A stretch of DNA of 64,000 nt from Gammaproteobacteria bacterium. GTDB lineage: Bacteria > Pseudomonadota > Gammaproteobacteria > Eutrophobiales > Eutrophobiaceae. The translations under genes were made by a program, and so were the position numbers. The stretch spans positions 3,168,001 to 3,232,000 of the forward strand of contig CBDCTH010000012.1 in assembly GCA_965222155.1 (NCBI GenBank), in the 5' to 3' direction. Shown piece by piece: positions 40,095 to 51,032 of the stretch. Under the pieces are notes generated by a model. The model saw only the letters and a list, made by a program, of their open reading frames with translations, did no database searches and was not told where the DNA came from. Numbering within the stretch: the stretch's first letter is position 1; each line of letters starts with the position of its first letter.

Positions 40095-40560
40095 TTTTTA
40101 ATTGATGGGTAATTGAAGGAAACCGCCATAAGCTTCTTAACTGATTGATTATAATATCGAATCTTAATTGATGGGTAATTGATGGAAATAGCTATATGTA
40201 ACTTCGTGTGTCTGTCAATAAATGCAAGAAGAGAGCCGATAAGATGGATACTTGAGGATACAAGGGGGAAAAGCCTGGAACCCTAGATGATGTGTGGACA
40301 CAAACCAACACTTGGAATAATGGAAAAATATAGTTTTTTCTCTACGAGTCCAGCTTGTAACCGGTGTGCTTTTCCAGAACGTCCGGCTAGAAATTTAAGC
40401 TGGATGAGGCTACTCCCAATAGATGGATGAGGAGTATACCCTTTCAGGTCTGATTTTTAATTGACAGCTAATTGAAGGAAACCGTCATAAGTTTCTTAAC
40501 TGTTTGATTATAATGCCGAATTTTAATTGATGGTTAATTGATAGATACGGTCGTATGCTG
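40044..40560 (+). repeat. Diverged ~155-bp direct repeat (offset 359 bp) containing paired TAATTGA motifs
   Basis: 40044-40200 resembles 40403-40559 and includes the gene's last codons. Confidence 0.75.
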
Positions 40561-40839
40561 CCTTATATGTGCCCGATAATGAACGTAAATAGAAAGTTGT
40601 CCCACGGGGGACGATGCCGCTGGACGTTACTCGACCTGGCACCCGGCTGGTCTTCGCAAATTGGTTAAAGAATCTTCCGATTTTTTGCGGTCAAAGAATA
40701 TGTTTGTCTTGATTATTTATAATTACGCACGTGAAAGACAAGCCAAACCAAACAGTGAATTACATATGATATAAGACCTTATGAATTCAATGAAACAAGC
40801 ATCGTCTCTCTGGAAATCTAGGTTCGATTTATATCCTAA

Positions 40840-42926
40840 CCCAAGTTTACCAAGATTCACTGGAATTCAGTCGGATTTTGTTGTTTTCTGTCGAGTCCAC
40901 AGTTGTAACTGATTGATTTTTGGTATGTGTAGGATTGCCTGGTCCCTGTAGTGCCATAATGTGACTTTTATTGTTGACATCGGTGCTGTCTGCCGGTATC
41001 CTCCCCCCCATGTTCATCCGCCGCACCCTCACCCGCCGTACCAATGGCCAGGCCTATTATTCCCACCGCCTGGTGCACAGCACGCGCGCGGGCGAGAAGG
41101 TGCGCCAGCGTACCCTGCTGAACCTCGGCAGCGAGTTTGCCGTTGACAACGCGCACTGGCCAACCCTGTGCCAACGTATCGACGAGATTCGTCACGGCCA
41201 AACGTCGCTGCTCCAGGCATTACCCGCCCCTGTCGAGGCCGAGGCACAACGCATCAGCGCCCAACTGCTGGCCCGGAGTCGCCCAGACGAGACAGGGACA
41301 ATGCGTGAATGGATGTCGGTGGATATGGACTCGCTGACGTTGACGCGCCCGCGCAGCGTGGGCGTCGAGCAGGTGGGATTGTGGGCATTGGCGCAGGTGG
41401 GACTGGACGAGACATTGGCTGCCCAAGGTGTGAACGCCTCCCTGCGTGCGGCCGCGCTGGGCTCTATCGTGGGCCGGCTGGCCTGCCCGGCCTCAGAGCG
41501 GGCTACCCACGCCTGGCTGTGCGAGCGCAGCGCCCTGGGCGAGTTGCTGGGGGTGGACTTCGAGCGCATGGGCGCCATGCAGTTGTACCGGGCCTCCGAT
41601 GCGCTGCTCAAGCACCGTGCGGCGATAGAGACACACCTGTTCGAGCGGGCGATGGACTTGTTTGACCTGGCTCCGACCGTGACGCTGTATGATCTGACCA
41701 ACACCTACTACGAGGGCGAGGCAGACGCGCAGCCGCTGGCGCAGCGGGGCCATTCGAAGGAGAAACGTAGCGACTGCAAGTTGCTGACCCTGGGGCTGGT
41801 GCTCGATGCCAGTGGGTTCGTGCAACGCTCGCGGGTGTTTGCCGGCAATGTACGCGAGGAGACGACCCTGGCCGGGATGCTGACCGCACTCAAGACCCCG
41901 CCGGGCGCGTTGGTCATCCTCGACCGGGGTATCGCCACCGAGGCGCAGGTGGCCTGGCTCAAGGCTAATCACTACCGCTACATCGTGGTCAGCCGGGCAC
42001 GCCGGCGCCAGTTCGATCCGGAGGACGCCCTGAGCCATCGCACCCGTGGGGGTGAGACCGTGCAGTTGGAGCAGGTGGCCGACGCCGAGTCTGGCGAGGT
42101 GCGACTGTACTGCTACTCTGCGGCACGGGCAGAGAAAGAACGCGCCATCGCGGCGCGCTTCATGGCACGCTTTGAGCAGGGCCTCACCACCCTGCACGAG
42201 GGCCTGTCCCGCCCGCGCACCCGCAAGCAGCCCGCCCATGTCTGGCAACGCATCGGGCGACTGAAAGCCAGCAGCCACGGCATCGGCCAGCACTACACCA
42301 TCGAGGTCGACACCGATGCCAAAGGCCAACGGGCCGTGGCCGTGCGCTGGCAACGCCAGCCGGTGACCGGCTCGATGCTCACCCACCCCGGCGTCTATTG
42401 CCTGCGCAGTAACGTCACCGACTGGGACGAGGCGCAACTGTGGCAGACCTACACCCTGCTCACCGATATTGAGGCCGTGTTTCGCGCCTTAAAATCCGAG
42501 TTGGGATTACGCCCCATCTATCATCGCACGCCCCGGCGCGCCGAGGGCCACCTGTTCATCACGGTCATCGCCTATCAACTCGTCCAGGTGATACGCCGCC
42601 GACTGGCACAGTGTCAAGATGAGTCCTGCCGCCGCGCAAGTTGGACCACGCTACGGCGCATCCTGGGCGCCCGTCAGCGGGTGACCGCCACCTTTCAGCG
42701 CCGCGATGGGCGTACCGTGCATAGCCGCAAGGCAACACGTCCGGAACCTAAGCTACAGGCTATCCTGGATGCCTTGGGAATCCGTGCATCACCCGGAGGA
42801 ACACAACAAGAAATCGTTTGAGCACACTACCTGCAAGCAAGTGATAAATGTAGTGCCATAAGTGAGGATATATCAATCTAACCCATTGAGATATAACGAC
42901 TTATTTTTTATGTTGGTAAACTTGGG
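40840..42926 (+). mobile_element. IS1634-family element, apparently complete
   Basis: 14-bp TIR cccaagtttaccaa / ttggtaaacttggg; CTAA on both sides. Confidence 0.9.
41010..42821 (+). CDS. IS1634-family transposase
   Basis: YDLTNTYYEG, RGHSKEKRSD, LDRG, IEAVFRALKSELGLRPIYH. Confidence 0.93.
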   Translation: MFIRRTLTRRTNGQAYYSHRLVHSTRAGEKVRQRTLLNLGSEFAVDNAHWPTLCQRIDEIRHGQTSLLQALPAPVEAEAQRISAQLLARSRPDETGTMREWMSVDMDSLTLTRPRSVGVEQVGLWALAQVGLDETLAAQGVNASLRAAALGSIVGRLACPASERATHAWLCERSALGELLGVDFERMGAMQLYRASDALLKHRAAIETHLFERAMDLFDLAPTVTLYDLTNTYYEGEADAQPLAQRGHSKEKRSDCKLLTLGLVLDASGFVQRSRVFAGNVREETTLAGMLTALKTPPGALVILDRGIATEAQVAWLKANHYRYIVVSRARRRQFDPEDALSHRTRGGETVQLEQVADAESGEVRLYCYSAARAEKERAIAARFMARFEQGLTTLHEGLSRPRTRKQPAHVWQRIGRLKASSHGIGQHYTIEVDTDAKGQRAVAVRWQRQPVTGSMLTHPGVYCLRSNVTDWDEAQLWQTYTLLTDIEAVFRALKSELGLRPIYHRTPRRAEGHLFITVIAYQLVQVIRRRLAQCQDESCRRASWTTLRRILGARQRVTATFQRRDGRTVHSRKATRPEPKLQAILDALGIRASPGGTQQEIV

Positions 42927-43152
42927 CTAAGGCATGGCGTTGATTGAGCATAGTGTCCAGGCGTTCGCGGAACAGGTCGGTTGAGGTGCGGGTCGCGGCG
43001 TCAGCGTGTCTGGGGGTCATTTTTATCTCCGATATTGCAAGAAAATGAAGCCCTATGATACCAAAACCGGCAATATCAGTCCAGGAATAAATGCAGGTTA
43101 CATAACTATAATCAATAGGTTAGAATAGCTTTTGGGGTTATTCAGGGACGAC
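42927..43152 (-). mobile_element. IS5-family left-end remnant
   Basis: Inverted homolog of 27559-27780, truncated at the IS1634 end. Confidence 0.82.
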
Positions 43153-43155
43153 TAG

Positions 43156-43347
43156 TTAAAGTACAGGCAATAAAAGCATACCAAGGCAGCCCATCAGCCA
43201 TCCTGAGTCTTGACTTTTTTCCATAAAAGTACCAACGATGATCATAAGGATAAAGAAAATAGCAAGGTACTCAACACCTGCGACATATGTTTCCCAGTAC
43301 GTGAGCACCCTGAGGCCAGCAAACACGGAATCCCAAAACATAGTCAT
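43156..43347 (-). pseudogene. Membrane protein N-terminus truncated at the IS5 end
   Basis: Hydrophobic ORF with AGGAG RBS that stops 3 bp from the IS end. Confidence 0.5.
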
Positions 43348-43438
43348 TCTCCTTTTTTGTTATCAAATGCCACCGATCAGCAAAAATGAAACACGGTAGC
43401 GGTTTTTTAGGTCTGTAAAATTGCAGCGTTAAAAACGT

Positions 43439-43780
43439 TTATCTGTATGGTGCCTCGGTAATGACCATCTTTTGGTCAGATTTCGAGCAGGTGGCTGTAA
43501 TTGCACCATCATTTGTCCAAGCTTTTACCATGTATACAAGACCTGTATCGACAATTGTATCGACCGGATAAAGATCACGTATTTGGGACATGATACTTTC
43601 TACTGCAACTATACAGTCGCCAAATGATATTGACTTTGTTTCTGTATTACTGACAGGGCCCTGTTCTGGATACTGACCACTATCCACCATACGATTAAGT
43701 TCACTGGGTGTATATGTTTCTTCTGCATAAGCAGACAAGATCATCGTCACCAGAATTATCGTAGTCATTAATTTCTTCAA
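43439..43780 (-). CDS. Exported hypothetical protein
   Basis: Signal peptide MKKLMTTIILVTMILSAYA; GAGG RBS; two Cys. Confidence 0.75.
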   Translation of the reverse strand: MKKLMTTIILVTMILSAYAEETYTPSELNRMVDSGQYPEQGPVSNTETKSISFGDCIVAVESIMSQIRDLYPVDTIVDTGLVYMVKAWTNDGAITATCSKSDQKMVITEAPYR

Positions 43781-43815
43781 TTTCTTTCCTCACTATCAAT
43801 AGACATCTCAACGTA

Positions 43816-43865
43816 TGATTTTGGCCTGCTTACAGAGTACGTTCTCTGTAAGCAGGCCAAAATCA
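43816..43865. repeat. 50-bp palindrome (22-bp perfect arms)
   Basis: tgattttggcctgcttacagag-tacgtt-ctctgtaagcaggccaaaatca. Confidence 0.85.
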
Positions 43866-43880
43866 AATGATATATTTCAT

Positions 43881-45203
43881 CCCTAATCCCGCATTAGAAA
43901 GTGCGGGAATCAAAAAAGCCTTGTCTGTATGAAGTTGTGAGATTAACGACCATCAGCCGATGGATGCACAGACAAGGCGTATGCAAATCATACCGTACAG
44001 AATCGCAACTACCAACGATTGATTGACCGGGCGCGGTGGCTTAGTGTGTGTTGCCGAGTGACTGCGGCAGATAAGGTTTTCGGCTTGGGTGGAGGAGTAC
44101 TTTCCTGTGCCCGGCAGCAATCGGGGTTACCGCCCCTCGGCGGTAGTCACGTTATGGATGCTGATGTTGCGCGACGGGGCGCGTTGTCTGGAGGACGTTC
44201 GGCCTATCCGGCAAGACAAGGCATTACGGAAGTTGTTAGGGTTGCGGCGGCTACCGAGAGCGGACCTGTTGGGGGACTGGTTGCGGCGAGTTACCAGGCG
44301 GCTATCATGCGCTATTGCGAGGAACAGGGGATAGGGTATGTGCTGCGGGCGAAACGTAGTGCTGAGTTGAAGACGTGGATACTGGAACGCCCGGAGACGG
44401 TTTGGCAGCCATTGGTGCGGGACGGGGAGGCGGTAGACGGTCAGGCCACGTGTCGGGGCGTGCATGTCATCACGGGGTATGACAAGGCATTCACGCTGGT
44501 GGTGCAGCGCACGCGTAAAGCGGGGCAGCAGTGTTTGGATTGGGGTGAGGAAGACGTTGACACCGCCGTGACGGACGGGGGGTATATCTATCGGGCGCTG
44601 GCCACCCATCGGGAGGCATTGAGTGACAGTGAGGGTATAACCAGCGTGGCGAGGACTCGGAGAATCGCATCAAGGAGTTGAAATGCGACTTTGCCGGTGA
44701 GCGCTTGCCCTGCGGTCAGTTTGACGCCAATGCCCTGTACTGTCACCTGTGTGTGACGGCGTATAACCTGTTTGTGCTGTTGCGTCACTCGCTGCCGCCA
44801 CAGTGGCATACCTGCCGGGCGCCGACCATCCGCTGGCGTGTGTATGCGATGGCTGCGAAAGTTGTCTCTCATGCCCGCCGGGTGTATTTGAAGTTCCGGC
44901 CTGAGCAGGCCAACCTGGTGAAGACCCTGCTGGCGGCCCTGGCGCCGCCGCTGGCTGGCGTAGCGTAGTCCTGCTAACCCCCCTGTTCTCAGTCACCCCC
45001 GGCAGCTGGGGGCGGGTCACCCCTGCCTGTCTTATCGTCCTGACCCCGTTCATCTGCCCGGTATGGTCCCAATCCGGCGTGAGAGAGCGATAACCTACCC
45101 TATACAAGGGTAAACCATGGCTCATTGCTATTGAGTAAGGCACTACAAACAGACAGAATACGCCTTAAATGCCCGTTTCAACATCTCTAACGCGGGATTT
45201 GGG
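43881..45203 (+). mobile_element. Internally deleted, frameshifted IS1380-family element
   Basis: TIR ccctaatcccgcattaga / tctaacgcgggatttggg; TTTCAT duplicated on both sides; SENRIKELK.DF...LPCGQFDANA. Confidence 0.82.
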
Positions 45204-45381
45204 TTTCATTGACAACACCCTTGTTCTATGTAGCTTTTTCCACAAGAATCATAGTCACGATATTGATCGGGTTGAGCCGAGGGATTAATTTTGTTTTTGA
45301 TTAAACCAATGAAGTTGTCTTGTCCAGTAGTATCAATGCGCCACAATAAATCAGATTCTCTGCGATCTTCCCTAACAATAA

Positions 45382-46649
45382 GGGAACCTCTATTAATTGA
45401 CGTTTCCAGATGCTGTACTGTATGAGAAGGCCAGCGGGTTCCAAATATATGCAATGGGCTGCCGAATGCGCCCGTATGCGCCTTCATCCACCCGTTAATG
45501 GGGCCTGTTTGCGGCCTTCAGGTGTCGGTTTGACACCGGTCAGGCGTTGTCTCCGTCAGGCCGGCACACGGACCCCTTGCAGACAACACAAGCGCCGCAT
45601 GTTGTACACCAGATTCATCATCCCAATGGCTAACTCACTGCGCGCCCGCCCGATACAACGTAGCGCCTTCGCCCGTAACGTGCACTGTGCACCGAATACA
45701 TGTTCAACCCGAGCGCGCACCTTCGCCCGGGTGCGATTGCCCTGTTTCTCCCGGGCCGTCAACGGCCGGGTGCGCGTCCCCTTGCGCTGGATGTGACTGC
45801 GATACCTCTTATCCCGTAAGCGTCCCTCCTGCTCTGCCGAACGCCAGGCGCTGTCCGCCCACACGGCCTTGCTGCTGTTACCTGCATCCAGTAACGCATC
45901 CAACTTCTGCGAGTCATGCACATTCGCCGCCGTCACCTCATAGGTCCGTATCAGCTTGTGCGCCCGGTCCACATTCACGTGATTCTTATAGCCAAAATAC
46001 GCGTTGCCGTGCTGCTTCGTCCAGCGGGCCTGCGTAGCCTTCTGGCGCTGCTTCGCCGCACGCCAGTCCGTCGCTGTCTCACCCGCCTTAATCAGCGCAT
46101 TCTCCGCCCGCGTGTTGCGCTGCACCGGCACCAGCGAGGCATCCACCCACTGCCCCGTGCGCGCCCGATACCCCAAACCCTGTAACTGCGCCGCAAACTG
46201 CTCAAACAAATCCCCCATCAACCCTAACGCCACCAACCGCTCCCGAAACGCCCAGAACGTCTTCGCAGCCGGCGCCCGACGATAACTGTCCAACCCCAAA
46301 AATCGCTGAAAACTACGCTGGTCCTCAATCTGATACTCCAACTGTTCATCACTCAACCCGTATAAATCCTGTATCACCAACCCCTTGAACATCAGCACCC
46401 CATCCCGCCGCGGCGCCCCCGCATTGCGCTTGCGTAGCGCCGGCTTGACCCGCTCCAACAGCGGCCGACACTGCTCCCAGTCTACCGTCTCCGCTAAGCG
46501 CAGTAACAGATCACCCAGGTTAGCCAGCCGTTTGTCTTGGGGGTCAAAAAAGGAACCGAACAGATCTTGTGTCTTCATGGCGTCTCCATACCAACGTGTT
46601 GAAATCAGTCACCGATAGCATATCATGGGCTGAATAAATAGAGGTTCCC
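45382..46649 (-). mobile_element. IS5-family element
   Basis: TIR gggaacctctatt / aatagaggttccc; 4-bp target duplication ATAA. Confidence 0.92.
45556..46578 (-). CDS. IS5-family transposase
   Basis: LSDEQLEYQI, VDASLV, FGYKNH, WADSA, RARVEHVFG, NLVYN. Confidence 0.9.
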   Translation of the reverse strand: MKTQDLFGSFFDPQDKRLANLGDLLLRLAETVDWEQCRPLLERVKPALRKRNAGAPRRDGVLMFKGLVIQDLYGLSDEQLEYQIEDQRSFQRFLGLDSYRRAPAAKTFWAFRERLVALGLMGDLFEQFAAQLQGLGYRARTGQWVDASLVPVQRNTRAENALIKAGETATDWRAAKQRQKATQARWTKQHGNAYFGYKNHVNVDRAHKLIRTYEVTAANVHDSQKLDALLDAGNSSKAVWADSAWRSAEQEGRLRDKRYRSHIQRKGTRTRPLTAREKQGNRTRAKVRARVEHVFGAQCTLRAKALRCIGRARSELAIGMMNLVYNMRRLCCLQGVRVPA

Positions 46650-47019
46650 ATAATAGATATCGCATGAATACAAATGAATTCCTTTAACCCTTGAATAGAC
46701 GCGCAGAAATCCACTTCCTGAATTCTTGTTACGCATTTAACTCAACATAAAAGAGCCAGTCGATATCAGATTCACTATAGGACTGAGTGAAATTGTTTTT
46801 TTCCTCAGGACATTGCATTCTTCGATTCTTCGTTGTTATTGCTTGCCACTGGGGTTATCATGCTACCTTAATCATTTGTACGTGAAACCCGGGGCAGGCC
46901 ACTGGATTAAACGAATAAAATGGAGAAATTTATACGCCATACTGTAACTGACAGTCACTGCTATAAATCCAGTAACTCTCAGATCAAATCTAAACTTTAA
47001 TAATTAGAATGGATAGGCG

Positions 47020-47457
47020 ATGACCAAGCATCTTCCTATTCTTGTAAGCATCCTATCCCTATTGGTTGGGGGCATACTCTACTTGGGGTTTCGGCCTGAT
47101 TCACTCCTCATGTTTAAGTGGGTTAATTTCGTAGGACTTGAGAGGCTGGTGGCCGATTATCGCGCCTTTATCTTCCCATACGGTTCTCAGCTTCCAGAAT
47201 GGCTGATATTCTCTGCGCCCAATGGCCTTTGGCTTTTCTCCTTCGCTGGTCTAATGATGTACCTTTGGGGGAAGGAGCAATTTGCGGCAGCCCTTGCTTG
47301 GACTTTCGCTTTGTGGGTTGTCGGTATCTCATCAGAGTTTCTGCAATCGGTACATTTTTTATCTGGGGTATTCGATATTAATGATGTATTTGCATACACA
47401 ACAGGATTCCTTGCGTTTTTCGTTTTGACGCAATGGGGGTTGTTAAATGGAGAATAA
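47020..47457 (+). CDS. Hypothetical membrane protein
   Basis: Four hydrophobic segments; PNGLW, SEFLQ...GVFDIND. Confidence 0.7.
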   Translation: MTKHLPILVSILSLLVGGILYLGFRPDSLLMFKWVNFVGLERLVADYRAFIFPYGSQLPEWLIFSAPNGLWLFSFAGLMMYLWGKEQFAAALAWTFALWVVGISSEFLQSVHFLSGVFDINDVFAYTTGFLAFFVLTQWGLLNGE

Positions 47458-47816
47458 ATCGGCTTTGTCATTACTCGCATTTGGAGTGTATCTAGTTTTA
47501 GCTGGAGGGAGTAGTGATGACCGCACACCAGAACAAAAGGCTGAAGATGCTTGCAAAGATACTACAATGGCGTTTGTGATGTCGCAGCAATTTGTTAAGA
47601 AACGCCTAAAATCACCATCAACAGCGGATTTTCCTTACACGTCAAGTGTAAGGCGTAATCATCTTTTATCAAGGAGAGTGTAAGCACCGGATATTCGCAT
47701 ATGTTGATGCACAGAATTCATTTGGTGAGACGACCCGAACTGAATACTACGCTGAAGTACAAAATGAGAAGGGAACGGATACTTGGCGGCTGCTGGACCT
47801 CGAAATGTACGAATGA
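47447..47816 (+). pseudogene. Exported hypothetical protein, frameshifted near 47650
   Basis: SQQFVKKRLKSPSTADFP continues in another frame as YVDAQNSFG...W. Confidence 0.6.
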
Positions 47817-47867
47817 TACCTATGGCGCGCTTCCCTCAAGCAACACTCAGTCGCCCGAGACGCCTGA

Positions 47868-50155
47868 ATAGAAAAAGACTACCCGCTGGTACTCTGGCTT
47901 GTACCGTCAAACACTATCCGTCGCCAGACCGTTGAAACATTGAAGGACACCGGTCATCCCTACCGGCAGGCGCTCAACGATACCTTTGCCGGGCGTGTAC
48001 GGGTATTTGATATTGCTGATTTTACGCAGGTTCGGCCACACGACCTCCGTGATCAATGCTGCATCGTCGTGGGAACGATTCAAACCTTACGCGTATTAAG
48101 TACGGATGGTCGCAAGGTATATGCCCATAATGAAGAACTTGAACCCCATTTTTCGGCTTTGTCCGAACGTGTAACGGGACTGGAAACATTGCCTGATGGA
48201 GGCGTCAAATTCTCTTTTGCCAACCTGATGCACCTGCATCAACCTCTGATGATCGTGGATGAAGCGCATAACGCGGTGACCGGCTTGACCCGTGAAATGC
48301 AGAAGCGGGTCAATCCCGCGGCGATTATCGAGTTCAGCGCTACGCCCCGGTCTAGGTCGAATATCTTGTACAGTGTCAGCGCGCAAGAACTAAAACGCGA
48401 ACAGATGATCAAGCTGCCGATTATATTATCTGAACATTATAGTTGGCAGAATGCAGTGAGTGGAGCGATTGCCGCTCGTACTTCCTTGGCTGAGAAAGCC
48501 TGGGACGACCCCGGCCATATCCGTCCGATTGTCCTGTTTCAGGCACAGCCGAAAAACCATAAGGTTACGGTCGAAGTCTTGAAGGAGCATCTGATTGAAG
48601 TTGAACGGGTCCCGGAAGATAAGATTATCGTTGCCACCGGCGAGCAGCGGGAGTTGGATGGTGTTGACCTGTTTGACCTCCATTGTCCGATTGAATAAGT
48701 CATCACTATCGAGGCGCTGAAGGAAGGCTGGGACTGTTCCTTTGCTTACATCTTCTGTTCAGTATCCCGTGTTCGTAGTGCAGTGGATGTGGAACAACTC
48801 CTTGGTCGTGTGTTGCGGATGCCTTATGCCGAGAGACGCAAAGCCAAGGAGTTGAATCAGGCATATGCCTTCCTCTCCGAAGCCGACTTTGGTGAAGCCG
48901 CGCGTACCCTGGTCGATAAACTTGTTGCAATGGGTTTTGAGGAAGACGAAGCAAGTGAAAATATCGAATACGCGCAACCCGGCTTAGAACTTGACCGGGA
49001 GCATGACTTACTCTCAGTGCAGGAGACACCTGGCAAGGCGTTCAGATATGTCTTGAGTAATACCCCTGAAACACTGGCAGCCTTGCAGGACGGTAAGTTG
49101 CCTGGAATTTCCGTGAATGATATTTCCGACGGTCGGATTGAGATTGAGGTCAGCTGTCCTATAGAGACGAGATAAGGCGTACCCTGTCACCGGCCAGGCG
49201 TGGTGAGACATTCATCGTTCCGCGACTCTGCACGGAAATACAGGGCGAGCTTGAGTTTGCGGATTCGGAAGTACTTATGGAATATCACGACTGGTCATTA
49301 CTGGATCATCCGGCCAGGTTGGAGGAGAGCGAGTTTGCCATCCGTGAGACAGCCCGCAGTTTCGAGATTGATCTTGACGGCAAGCGGGTAACCTACAAAT
49401 TCACCCGCGAGCAGGAGCAATTAGGACTGAATGTAGACGTGGAAGGCTGGACGCAAGAGGCGCTAATCCTCTGGCTCGACGGTCAGGTGCGTCAACCGGA
49501 TATAAGCCAGACCGAGTTGATCAGGTGGTTATATGAACTAATCACCTTTTTAATGAATTTCCGTAAATTGCATATCAGCGCACTGATGCGTTGCAAATTC
49601 ATTCTGGCCCGAAGGATACGCGCCAAAATTGATTTCATTCGACGGCAGGAACGTAACGAGGTTTATCAGAGACATCTATTTGATCCCGGCGCAAAAGTGG
49701 AGGTTTCTTTTGACCATGGTTTTGCGTTTCGGAACGGCATATACCAGGACCAGCGTCGCTATCGCGGGCGCTGGATGCCGGATAAGCATTTCCTGGATCA
49801 TGTTCCGGCCTTTGATGGTGTTCCGGGAGGTGAGGAGGAGCAGTGCGCCTGGGTAATTGACAGTCTACTTGGACTGAAATACTGGATTCGCAACGTGGCA
49901 AGAGATCCAGCGTCATTTTGGTTACCCACAGAAGCGGGCAGGTTCTACCCGGATTTCATAGCCCGGATGGAGGATGGACGCCTGCTTGTCGCTGAATACA
50001 AGGGCGCGCATATTGCTGAAGGACCTGAGACCGCCGAAAAACGGGCAATCGGCGAGCTTTGGCAACGCAAAAGCAACGGTACAGGTATTTTTATTATTGT
50101 TAAGAAAAGCGTCAACGGACGGGATATGCGGCAACAATTGTCAGATGTTATATGA
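47868..50155 (+). pseudogene. Type III restriction Res-like helicase/nuclease, fragmented
   Basis: VLWLVPS, IVDEAHN, SATP, ALKEGWD, QLLGRVLR, FYPDF..AEYKG; N-terminus missing; TAA at 48696-48698. Confidence 0.85.
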
Positions 50156-50334
50156 CAGTAAATTTGCTGTCTGCGCAGTATCACAAAATAACTGTGTACA
50201 GACGGATGTTGTTGTTTGACAAACTACATGAAGAATAATGATAATGATCAGACTAAACTTGATCTGTATAGTGGAAAAAGCGTGTTATCAACCCAAATTC
50301 ATATTTGTTTGTATACTATGGTAAAGGTGATGCT

Positions 50335-50586
50335 ATGGGTTTACCTTTAAATGCTGCCGACGATAGTCGTTCGTCCTATTTTTCTGATGAGTTCAGTGCG
50401 CTTGAAGAAGTTATGCGACGCAAGTCAGACCCGGAACACGAAGGGATGATCTCGCGTGCAGTTCCTACAGGTTACGGAGATTTTCAGGTAGTTTCTTTGC
50501 CCATAGAAACTGTCCTTGATAGCTTGATCAATGATACAGGCGTTCAAGTTCAGGATCTTTTTAATCTCCATAAAAGTCAATTTTAA
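50335..50586 (+). CDS. Hypothetical protein
   Basis: AAGGTGA RBS; TAATG overlap with the next ORF. Confidence 0.55.
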   Translation: MGLPLNAADDSRSSYFSDEFSALEEVMRRKSDPEHEGMISRAVPTGYGDFQVVSLPIETVLDSLINDTGVQVQDLFNLHKSQF

Positions 50587-51020
50587 TGCCAACGGAAGAG
50601 CAAACGGAGCTCGTCGAACAAGAGCCCCAATTACAACAAGAGCTTTTTAGTAAGAACGAATTCATAGAATTGGAACGCCTACGCATTGATAGTGTTAATA
50701 AACGAACAGAGGTGGCCCAAGCATATATTGATGCGAACAGTGCTGCGGACCAGCGGCGATATAATTACAATATCCAAAAGATGGAGGTCGACAGGGAAGA
50801 ACGCAGCGCAACACGTAAAGCTACCACCAAGATTTTGTGGGCCTTCTTAGGAGTATCAGCGTTTTTTACCCTGATATTGTTTTATATGTTATTTCTCGGA
50901 AATCTTGACCAGGCAGAAAATGCAAAAACTTTGCTTAGGGTCTTAGGTACTGGGGTCGGCGGATTTGGTGTCGGATACCTTTTTCTTAGGTTGATTAGCC
51001 GCTTGACTGGCAAGTTATAA
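50586..51020 (+). CDS. Hypothetical coiled-coil protein with two TM segments
   Basis: Charged helical N-terminal half and two hydrophobic C-terminal helices. Confidence 0.7.
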   Translation: MPTEEQTELVEQEPQLQQELFSKNEFIELERLRIDSVNKRTEVAQAYIDANSAADQRRYNYNIQKMEVDREERSATRKATTKILWAFLGVSAFFTLILFYMLFLGNLDQAENAKTLLRVLGTGVGGFGVGYLFLRLISRLTGKL

Positions 51021-51032
51021 GCCTCCGTGCTT

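Larger units (their letters stand above)
45206..46818 (-). pseudogene. Decayed PD-(D/E)XK-like gene split by IS5 (pieces 46650-46818 and 45206-45381)
   Basis: ESDLL...LIKNKI...AQPDQY motif; internal stops. Confidence 0.45.

Noticed and set aside
40098-40540. Possible CRISPR array from the recurring TTAATTGA boxes
   Set aside because: The repeats are short and degenerate, spacing is 66/293/66, the intervening DNA is itself duplicated, and no cas genes are present.
41493-42437. Long antisense ORFs (also 7458-8225, 9969-10541, 51315-52160, 60955-61653)
   Set aside because: They are shadows of well-supported genes on the opposite strand in GC-rich DNA and have no motifs of their own.
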